Below the pieces are notes generated by a model, which saw only the letters and a list, made by a program, of their open reading frames with translations, was not told the DNA's origin and did not search any database. Positions 20,724 through 28,908 of a DNA stretch of 64,000 nucleotides are shown in pieces. This DNA comes from Clostridiales bacterium (lineage in GTDB: Bacteria > Bacillota > Clostridia > Lachnospirales > Lachnospiraceae), in contig JAAYPG010000016.1 in NCBI GenBank assembly GCA_012519905.1, positions 956 through 64,955 of the forward strand, in the 5' to 3' direction. The position numbers and the translations under genes were made by a program. The stretch's first letter is position 1; every line of letters starts with the position of its first letter.

Positions 20724-21632
20724 CTATTCCTTCATACCTGAGGTTGTCATGGTTTCCATAATGTTGCTTTGACAAATCAGGAAAAATGTAATGGGAACTG
20801 CTGCAATAATAAATGTGACCGCTGCTCCTGCTCCTGCTCTGGCAGCACCACCCTGGACAATCTGCTGTAGGGCATACTGCAGAGGCTTTAATTCCTCATC
20901 TCTTAAAAATGTTCCTCCAGTATTTCCCCACATCTGCTGAAACTGGAAAATAGCCAATGTCAGCCAAGCCGGTTTAACATTGGGCATGACAATTGTCCAA
21001 AACACACGAAATTCTCCTGCTCCATCTATCTTTGCAGATTCCATCAGAGAATCAGGCAGCTGCTCCATAAACTGCTTCATCAGGTATAGCCCCATACCAA
21101 AGGCCCAGGACGGAAGTATAAGGGCTAGATATGTATTGTTTATATTAAGCCAGGATATTATCAGATATTGAGGTATCTGAGTTACCTGCCAGGTGAACAT
21201 CATAGATAATACAACCATGCTAAATAAGATGTTCCTACCTGGAAACTTGTGCTTAGCTAAGGGATAAGAGGCAAGTGATGCTATTATTACGTGTCCTACC
21301 ATACCCCCTACTGTTATTATTATTGTATTTATAATATAGCGGGAGAATGGCACCCAGGTATCATTCATTAAGACAAAGAGATCAGTGAAATTCTCTAGAG
21401 TTGGGTTCTTAACAAATATTTTCGGTGGATACTGAAACAGTTCATCTAAAGGCTTTAATGTATTATTTATTATCATGACCAGAGGTAAGGCCATAAAGAT
21501 ACCACACACAAACATTAGTAAAAATAAAAGTCCATTGCCCGCCTTAGACCTGTTAAGCTGCTTTTGCTTTGTTCTCATCCACCAGGGAACCCATCTACGG
21601 TCAGAATAATCTATTATTTCTCTCCTTCTCAT
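20724..21632 (-). CDS. carbohydrate ABC transporter permease (MalG type), second pair
   Basis: LPDSLMESAKIDGAGEFRVFW EAA loop. Confidence 0.9.
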   Translation of the reverse strand: MRRREIIDYSDRRWVPWWMRTKQKQLNRSKAGNGLLFLLMFVCGIFMALPLVMIINNTLKPLDELFQYPPKIFVKNPTLENFTDLFVLMNDTWVPFSRYIINTIIITVGGMVGHVIIASLASYPLAKHKFPGRNILFSMVVLSMMFTWQVTQIPQYLIISWLNINNTYLALILPSWAFGMGLYLMKQFMEQLPDSLMESAKIDGAGEFRVFWTIVMPNVKPAWLTLAIFQFQQMWGNTGGTFLRDEELKPLQYALQQIVQGGAARAGAGAAVTFIIAAVPITFFLICQSNIMETMTTSGMKE

Positions 21633-22579
21633 TATTCACCAACCCTCCTAAGTACTCTCTGCACCAGCTTATTTGTACCTACCATTAGTAGAAATAGAAT
21701 GGTAGCTATAGCAGATGCATAGCCCATTTCAAATCTTGTGGAACCATAGTCAATTAGGTGGGTAACCACAGTGGCACCGGCATAGTTTACCGATGGATTA
21801 CCTGCCAGGTAGATAGAGACATCTGCCACAGCAAAGGATTGGGTGATCTGCATAACAGCACCAAACATAAGCTGAGGCTTCATAGCAGGAAGTGTAACAA
21901 ACCAAAGCTCCTGCCACCTGTTCTTAACACCATCAATAGCAGCCGCCTCATATAGACTTTTATCTATAGTCTGAAGCCCTGCGATAAAGGCTAAGAAGCC
22001 AGTACCTAAGCTTAACCATAGCTGTACTATTATAAGTACAGGAAGGATAAACTTTTCTGTCTTTAGCCATAAGATAGCCTCATTTATAAATTCATACTTG
22101 AGTAATAATCCATTTAGATAGCCATAACGGTCTCCTGTAAGAATAAGATTCCATACCACATAGGCATTTCCACATATGCTGGGTGCATAAAATATAAGCG
22201 TTAGAAAGGCCCTTACCTTTCCTTTATACTCATTAATTATCCATGCAAATAATAGACATAGCATATAGCTAATGGGTCCGGTTATAGCGGCAAATATAAT
22301 TGTGTTCTTCAGTGAAACTATGAAGATATCATCTTCAAGAAATAGCTTGATATAGTTCTTCCATCCTACAAATTCGGGCATCTCAAGCACATTAAAGCTT
22401 GTAAAGCTAAGTATTATGGACATCAATACCGGTAGCACTGTAAATAAGAAGAAGAGTATAAAATATGGGGCCACCATAGCATAGGATACCTTGTTTTTTT
22501 TCATTTCATATCTGAGGGTTCGTAGCTTATCAGCAAAGCTTATGGCACCTTCAGTTGTCTTTGCTTTCTTAGTTGCCAT
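21632..22579 (-). CDS. carbohydrate ABC transporter permease (MalF type), second pair
   Basis: LQTIDKSLYEAAAIDGV EAA loop; start moved to MATKK at 22579 (GAGGAGG RBS). Confidence 0.9.
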   Translation of the reverse strand: MATKKAKTTEGAISFADKLRTLRYEMKKNKVSYAMVAPYFILFFLFTVLPVLMSIILSFTSFNVLEMPEFVGWKNYIKLFLEDDIFIVSLKNTIIFAAITGPISYMLCLLFAWIINEYKGKVRAFLTLIFYAPSICGNAYVVWNLILTGDRYGYLNGLLLKYEFINEAILWLKTEKFILPVLIIVQLWLSLGTGFLAFIAGLQTIDKSLYEAAAIDGVKNRWQELWFVTLPAMKPQLMFGAVMQITQSFAVADVSIYLAGNPSVNYAGATVVTHLIDYGSTRFEMGYASAIATILFLLMVGTNKLVQRVLRRVGE

Positions 22580-25500
22580 TACCAATCCTCCTCTTAACGG
22601 AGGATTTCTCCTCCTCATTTAATTCTAAATTTAAACTACCTATAACAGAGGATTTATTCTCACCCTCTTTGTCTATATCCAGCTCATCCATCTTATAGGC
22701 TATCTCAGCATTGATATATATTACCTTCTCCATAAGTTCTTCCCTTGGAGTAGCTGTATCTGTATCAGTTGTTACTGTATAGAAGGCATTGTTAACATTA
22801 CGCCATGAATAATAACCTCCAGGAACCTGGGGTATTCCCCTGGTCTGATTAAACTGAGCCATAAGGGCCTTATAATCATCAACAGGCCATGACAAATTCT
22901 CCAGAGCCTCCAGATTAGCTGTTGCCACCCTTGCACTGGATCCCATTAGGCTTTCCATCTCTCTTCCGAACATTGTCTGTGTAGCTGCAGAGGTCCACCA
23001 CTTTAAAAACTCCCAGCTTTCCTCTGGATATTCGGTATCAGCCATAATAAGGTCAGCAAGACCTATGCTTCCTGTGGTATGGTTGATGCTTCCATCCTCC
23101 TCTAATATTCCAGGAACCACAGTGAAATCCCAGAGGCCTTTTATATCAGGAGCTGAGACCTGAAGGTTGTTATAGAATTGATAATCTGCAATTATTATTG
23201 GACACTCTCCAGTCCTAAAACGCTCCTCTACACTGGTTTCCTTATCCAGCTTATAGTCAGTATAAAACTCACAATATTCTTTAAATACATTGATTGAGAT
23301 TTCAGAATCAAGGGCTGAAGCGCTACCATCGGCATTATAATAGGAGCCACCCATTTGATATAACATCATAGCAAAGACCTGTTCGCCAGGAAGCATACCA
23401 AATTCCATCTGGTTCTTTGACAGCACTGTCATAGCCACCTTGACCTCATCCCATGTCCTTGGTAACTGTAGCCCAATCTCAGCTAATATATCCATCCTGT
23501 AGAACATCATAAGAAAGGACTGGGTATCAGGCAGAGCATATACTGCATCCTTATATGTAAAAGGTACCATTGCACTTTCTGAGAACCTGGCAGCCACCTC
23601 TGGATAATCCTCAAATTCAGTTAAATCCAGAACGGCGTTACGTATACCATAATTCACAGGAGTGTCATTGGCTGAACTAATCATACCAGCGGCCACTTGA
23701 CCAGTAGCCACTTGAGTTGGCCCAACCTGGATGGCCACGTCAGGCCCTTCGCCGGCTAGCGTCGCCTTCAGCAGTGTGCCCATATCAACCAGCTGTACAT
23801 TGACATTTATATCTGTCTCATTAGTAAAGGTATCATCTATTAAGGATTTGATAACATTAGCCTGATCTCTTCCTGTTCCTATCCAAAGGGTTAGGGTAAC
23901 ATTTTCAGAATCCACATCAGCAACATTACCAATCATGTTATAGTCAATTATAAAGGAGTAAAAAAGTCGTTTTATTTCATAGACTAGCTTAGACCAAAAT
24001 GATGTGTTCTCGTATTCCACTTCTACATCAGGGGAATATATATTTATTCTATCAAGGGCTAAGGGCTGCTGAATAACCTGGGTAATCCAATTACCACAAG
24101 CTCTTACATTTACCTTATAGGAGCTTATTACCTTAATAAAATCCTCCTGGTCCTTAATGAGCTGTGTCAACTGGTCCCTCATGGTTCTAAGAACCGTCTC
24201 CTTATCTGAGTTGCTTCCTGCAACCTCTCTAAGCCTTAAAATAACGCCCTCAATCTGGTCTCTAACATCAATAAGCTCTGCCTCAAGACCCGGTAGGGTT
24301 GCTTCTATCTGGTAATCCCTATAGATATCTGGGGCTACTCCTGTAATTCGGATGACTTTACGGTATATAGAGTTGAGCTTTTTAACTGCATCCTCTACCT
24401 CACTTACGATATCTGAGAATTCACCCAGTACAACCTCCATTCGGATAGTATGATTACCTTTTTCTAGATAAAAATAATAGGGCCTTTCTTCATCATCAGA
24501 TAGGACTATATTCCTCCAACGGGAATTATACTTAAATTGATAGTCCGACATTTCCTCAAAGGGTACTTCCCCATCTATAGTTATTTTTCTTGATACATTT
24601 ATTCCACGAAGGTAGCTTTGCTTAGCATGTAAGGATATATTGTAATATCCTGTTTCAGCCACATCAAAAGACCATTCTATCCACTGCCCAGAATCCCTCC
24701 AGGAATTATCTCCAATGGTATTGTTAAGAAGTGTTTTAGAGCTTGAGGGATATATAGCTGGTGAGGATTGATCCTGCTTAGGATATAGCATTTGAGAAGA
24801 TGTCATCGAGGCATTCTCGGCTTCAATCCTTATATATTGCCCCCTGCTTTCCTCTGCTCCTGCCTGATTCCAGCTATTAATTGTAGAATCATAATCCATA
24901 ATTTTTTCGACATTCTTCAGGCTTATCTCGTGAATAAGCATCGGCTCTCTTAAGGAAAGCATGGATATAGTGTGATTGCCCTTGGTTAGGTATATTGCCA
25001 AGGGACTTGTGATATATCCGTTATTATCATAGCAATATGAGGATATCCACTGTGGTGCCTCTACACTGCGGGGCTTTATGTCATTGCCCTGATTGTCCTT
25101 CTCCCAATTTCTCATGGTAACTCCATGATTATCAATAAAAGTATCCTGTATCTCAGTCTTCCATATTCTATAGAATTCAATTAAAGCCATCTCATTATAG
25201 GGAAGCTTGCCATCTACAAAAAAGCTTCTTTGAATATCTGAACTTCTTCCCTCCACAGGGAAATACAATAATGAAAGATAGTAAAAGCCACTCTCTTCTA
25301 CCTGAATTTCATATTCTATTAAGGAATTGTCCGCAGTTAATACACTGTCTCCTGCCATCCCGTCATAATCCTTATATAGCTCTGGTTCAACCTCCAGCCC
25401 GTCCTCTTCATATCTCACAAAATCCGTTGCAGCTATAACTATTTCCGTCTCGGGATAGGTTTCATCATAGGCTGCTATGTATTCCTTATAATTAGGAATT

Positions 25501-25661
25501 GTGCTATCTATGGAATAGGTATTAACAATATTCTTAAACTCCTCCTGTTTTATGTCAGTTGAAGCCCAAGCATGAGTTACAGATGCTTGTAACATAATAC
25601 CCATTATTGAAGCAGTCAGAAGCACTGCCACTATTCTTTTGAAATATTGCTTTTTTAGCAC
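22569..25661 (-). CDS. large (~1030 aa) extracellular solute-binding protein with N-terminal beta-sandwich (CBM-like) and coiled-coil regions
   Basis: C-terminal SBP family-1 domain (TLTLWIGTGRDQANVI..GPDVAI); N-terminal IEAE/WIEWSFDV..GYYNI CBM-like strands; probable GTG start at 25661 (ORF track 25703). Confidence 0.75.
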   Translation of the reverse strand: MLKKQYFKRIVAVLLTASIMGIMLQASVTHAWASTDIKQEEFKNIVNTYSIDSTIPNYKEYIAAYDETYPETEIVIAATDFVRYEEDGLEVEPELYKDYDGMAGDSVLTADNSLIEYEIQVEESGFYYLSLLYFPVEGRSSDIQRSFFVDGKLPYNEMALIEFYRIWKTEIQDTFIDNHGVTMRNWEKDNQGNDIKPRSVEAPQWISSYCYDNNGYITSPLAIYLTKGNHTISMLSLREPMLIHEISLKNVEKIMDYDSTINSWNQAGAEESRGQYIRIEAENASMTSSQMLYPKQDQSSPAIYPSSSKTLLNNTIGDNSWRDSGQWIEWSFDVAETGYYNISLHAKQSYLRGINVSRKITIDGEVPFEEMSDYQFKYNSRWRNIVLSDDEERPYYFYLEKGNHTIRMEVVLGEFSDIVSEVEDAVKKLNSIYRKVIRITGVAPDIYRDYQIEATLPGLEAELIDVRDQIEGVILRLREVAGSNSDKETVLRTMRDQLTQLIKDQEDFIKVISSYKVNVRACGNWITQVIQQPLALDRINIYSPDVEVEYENTSFWSKLVYEIKRLFYSFIIDYNMIGNVADVDSENVTLTLWIGTGRDQANVIKSLIDDTFTNETDINVNVQLVDMGTLLKATLAGEGPDVAIQVGPTQVATGQVAAGMISSANDTPVNYGIRNAVLDLTEFEDYPEVAARFSESAMVPFTYKDAVYALPDTQSFLMMFYRMDILAEIGLQLPRTWDEVKVAMTVLSKNQMEFGMLPGEQVFAMMLYQMGGSYYNADGSASALDSEISINVFKEYCEFYTDYKLDKETSVEERFRTGECPIIIADYQFYNNLQVSAPDIKGLWDFTVVPGILEEDGSINHTTGSIGLADLIMADTEYPEESWEFLKWWTSAATQTMFGREMESLMGSSARVATANLEALENLSWPVDDYKALMAQFNQTRGIPQVPGGYYSWRNVNNAFYTVTTDTDTATPREELMEKVIYINAEIAYKMDELDIDKEGENKSSVIGSLNLELNEEEKSSVKRRIGNGN

Positions 25662-25742
25662 ACTTATACCCCTTTCAAGCTTTGGTCCTATTTTTCCAGA
25701 CATCTCCTTATGATTAATTATAGAATAAATAGTCTTATCTAA

Positions 25743-25762
25743 TAACTATGTAAAATTACGAT
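25743..25762 (-). promoter_or_regulatory. candidate activator box, 20 nt upstream of a TATAAT -10 (25717-25722)
   Basis: TAACTATGTAAAATTACGAT (plus strand); 17/20 identical to 31905-31924 with identical spacing to a -10-like hexamer. Confidence 0.6.
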
Positions 25763-25787
25763 ATAGGAGGACAAAATTCTGAAAAAA

Positions 25788-25980
25788 GAGGCTGTCGCAG
25801 AAATGTAAGAGGGAGTGTATATATTCCATCACACACTGATTAGTAGTACAGTTTACTATGATTTGTAAATCTTAATCGGACTAAAGTCCGCTTTCGATAA
25901 TACAAATCATAGTAAACCGTTCTCCTAAATGTGCATGATTGGAACATATACGCTCCCTTAATTACTTCTGCGACAGCCTC
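25788..25980. mobile_element. 193-bp MITE/REP-like element with nested inverted repeats
   Basis: 15-bp perfect terminal IR GAGGCTGTCGCAGAA extending to ~40 bp imperfect; inner 17-bp IR GTTTACTATGATTTGTA; core hairpin CGGACTAAAGTCCG; no ORF, no obvious target-site duplication. Confidence 0.55.
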
Positions 25981-26008
25981 ATGTTCTAATTACTATATTT
26001 AATTTGCT

Positions 26009-27748
26009 TTAATTACAAGCTACCTTTAATATTATTCTGGTGTAGCTATTTGCTTCTGATTGAATTTCCATAATTTCATTCATATCTTTTGTCTCATATA
26101 AAAGCGCTAGGCGATTTAAGACAGACTTCAAACCAAACCCTGACTTTACATCTAACTGCTCACCACTCATAATCCTATCTATGGTCACTGGGCTCATACC
26201 AACCCCGTCATCCTCAACGATTATCTCTGCATAATCTTCTCTCCTTCTTACTATAATAGATATATTTACAGGCTGTCCAATAGTCTTTATCCCGTATTTT
26301 ATACTGTTCTCCACCAGTGTCTGAATAGTCATCTTTGGTATCTGTAAGGATAGTAAGCTCTCATCGATATCCTTATTAAGAATTAGTATATTGGGATTTC
26401 TAATCAAGGCTATTTTTATATAATCCTGAACAATGCCCAATTCTCCTTCTAGAGATATAATGTCATTACCATGATTCAAACAAGCACGATAATAGCTAGC
26501 CAGGGTAGTTATCAACTGCTTTGCTGATTCCTTCTCCTCAACACTAACTAAGATGCTGGCTGCATTAAGAGTATTGTATAGAAAATGTGGCTTTATCTGA
26601 TGGTTAATAACTGATAGCTCCAATTGTCTTTGTAGTTTTTCTCTATTCTCCACATCCTCCATCAGGCCCCTAATCTGAGACATCATTTCATTTAGAGCAT
26701 TTGAAATATCATCTGCTTCTGAATAATACTTTTCATTGGGAAAGCTTATATTCAGATTCCCCTCGTTAGTAATCTCCTTAGCTCTTTCAGCTATTATTTC
26801 AAGAGGGACGATAACACGTTTCTTAAGAACCACAGATGCTATTATTGTGAAACCAATAATGACTATAAGCATAAACACTATGGCAAATTCCACATTATTA
26901 CCATGGATAGATTGCTTGGATGAAATCATGATAATTCCATCTATACTAGATAGGATATTGGCACTGTATCTATCAGGCATTTCTCCCAAGTTGTCTTCAT
27001 ATGCCTTAAGCATTTGCAAATCCTTACCAAGGGACGCGCTAGAGATATTACCTGGGAAGGTAATAACTTTATCAGATGCACTCTTGATAAGTATCTCATT
27101 CTCCTTATCTAAATACTTCATGATTTCCCCTTGAAGCTGATTAATATCCATAAATACAACAAGATAACCTAAGTGCTCCATCATATCCTTAGACCTTATA
27201 TTACTTACAAGATAGATTATATTCCTATCTACCTCTACATTATCTGTACCTATCTCCCAGTAAAAATCTCCCCTTAGACTATGATTTTCATCTATGGACA
27301 AATTATCGATGGTTTTCTTTTGATCAAAATTATATACTGGATATTTAAACTCAGATACTATAGAATCCTCGCATATAATATGTACAGAGGATATGAGATC
27401 CTGCTGGGCCATCCTTCTCATAATAAGGCTACCAAGAAGGTTATTCCTTATGTCATGGTTTCTTGTAAAGATATCATGCAGTTCATCATCAACTACAAGC
27501 TCATCTGCAAATATCTTTATATCATCCAATTTGGAATTAATTATATAAGTCACAATACCTAATGATTTATCATTATTTATTGCTTGTCGATGGGTCAATT
27601 CCTTACTGGTAATCCCAATAAAGATAACAATACCAAGAACCATAGAAATAATCATAACTCGGATATAGCTACCAAGTAATACATTGGTAATGGTGGCATT
27701 ATAATATGTTTTATCTGGTTTTCTGCTCCATATACTCATAATTTTCAC
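26009..27748 (-). CDS. sensor histidine kinase (YesM/LytS-type) with HAMP domain
   Basis: Two TM segments, QIKPHFLYNTLN, QTLVENSIKYG, EDDGVGM, GFGLKSV. Confidence 0.9.
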   Translation of the reverse strand: MKIMSIWSRKPDKTYYNATITNVLLGSYIRVMIISMVLGIVIFIGITSKELTHRQAINNDKSLGIVTYIINSKLDDIKIFADELVVDDELHDIFTRNHDIRNNLLGSLIMRRMAQQDLISSVHIICEDSIVSEFKYPVYNFDQKKTIDNLSIDENHSLRGDFYWEIGTDNVEVDRNIIYLVSNIRSKDMMEHLGYLVVFMDINQLQGEIMKYLDKENEILIKSASDKVITFPGNISSASLGKDLQMLKAYEDNLGEMPDRYSANILSSIDGIIMISSKQSIHGNNVEFAIVFMLIVIIGFTIIASVVLKKRVIVPLEIIAERAKEITNEGNLNISFPNEKYYSEADDISNALNEMMSQIRGLMEDVENREKLQRQLELSVINHQIKPHFLYNTLNAASILVSVEEKESAKQLITTLASYYRACLNHGNDIISLEGELGIVQDYIKIALIRNPNILILNKDIDESLLSLQIPKMTIQTLVENSIKYGIKTIGQPVNISIIVRRREDYAEIIVEDDGVGMSPVTIDRIMSGEQLDVKSGFGLKSVLNRLALLYETKDMNEIMEIQSEANSYTRIILKVACN

Positions 27749-28781
27749 ACTCAGCTTTTTTATATTCTTGCGGTGTCATATCACAGTATCTCTTAAATAA
27801 TTGCGTAAAATAAGTTGTGTCCACATATCCTAAGAGATTACTTACCTCATATATCCTCATATTCTTTTCCTTCAGTAGATACTTGGCCCGTTGCATCTTT
27901 AATTTAGTCACATAATTTAAGAAATTTTGTCCAGTCTCCTGCTTAAATAGACTACAAAAATAATTCTTGCTGATGCCTAAAACCTTACCTATTTCTGTGA
28001 GTGTAATTTTCTTATCAATATTATCTATCACATAATTGCAGGCCTGTCTTACTATATTATCCTTATATATCAAATAATACTTTTCTAGTATCTCAAAGAT
28101 TCTATTTATTTCCTGCTTAAAGTCAGCTATCAAATCTGCTTTACTAATAAATCGCTTGTTTTTTATGTTTAAGTAGGTATCCAGCTTCTCAAGCTTGTTT
28201 AAGCTTTTATATTTCTTATTAACATTGTTTACAATGGTCTCTAGAATATAAATGAAACGAAAGCAGGTTCCTTTAATATCGCTATCACCGTATTCCATCT
28301 CCTCATCTATAATTCTTTCCATAAGCTCAAAGACAAGAGGGTCAGTAAGAAGTACAGCATCTATCAATTTGTTGTCTAGCTCACTGTTAAATTCTCTCTC
28401 CATAGTAAAGGCTAGATTTTTCTTTATATCTACTAAGGTTTCACATATCTGACTTTCTATGATAGGCTTTAATATATAACCTGCTACTCCATATTTTATA
28501 GCGGCTTTGGCATATTCAAACTCTGCATATGCAGTCAAAATAACTACAACAGTCTTGCTCTTTCTTTCATTAATTCTCTTTATGTACTCAATACCATCCA
28601 TGATTGGCATTTCAATATCTGTAATAACCAGATCGATTTTATGATTATCCAGCTGCTCTAAAGCTTCTACCCCGTTTTGTGCCTCGCATACAAGTTTAAA
28701 TCCATATTCTTCCCAAGGTATTAGTTTCTTTAGCCCAACTCTAACTATTGGTTCATCATCAACAATCTGAACATTAATCAT
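27711..28781 (-). CDS. response regulator with AraC-type HTH (YesN-like)
   Basis: IVDDE, TDIEMP receiver domain; YFCSLFKQETG..YFTQLFKRYCDMTPQEYKK AraC domain. Confidence 0.9.
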   Translation of the reverse strand: MINVQIVDDEPIVRVGLKKLIPWEEYGFKLVCEAQNGVEALEQLDNHKIDLVITDIEMPIMDGIEYIKRINERKSKTVVVILTAYAEFEYAKAAIKYGVAGYILKPIIESQICETLVDIKKNLAFTMEREFNSELDNKLIDAVLLTDPLVFELMERIIDEEMEYGDSDIKGTCFRFIYILETIVNNVNKKYKSLNKLEKLDTYLNIKNKRFISKADLIADFKQEINRIFEILEKYYLIYKDNIVRQACNYVIDNIDKKITLTEIGKVLGISKNYFCSLFKQETGQNFLNYVTKLKMQRAKYLLKEKNMRIYEVSNLLGYVDTTYFTQLFKRYCDMTPQEYKKAECENYEYMEQKTR

Positions 28782-28863
28782 TCATCATACCTCCCCCATA
28801 TAATATCTGCTTGCAACAAAACCTCAGCTATTAATAGACTATATAATTTTAACAAAAAATACA

Positions 28864-28900
28864 AGCCATAGATAAAACTTTTTGTGTATTATCTATGGCT
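28864..28900. terminator. terminator after cellodextrin phosphorylase
   Basis: AGCCATAGATAA / TTATCTATGGCT 12-bp inverted repeat. Confidence 0.7.
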
Positions 28901-28908
28901 AAATATCA

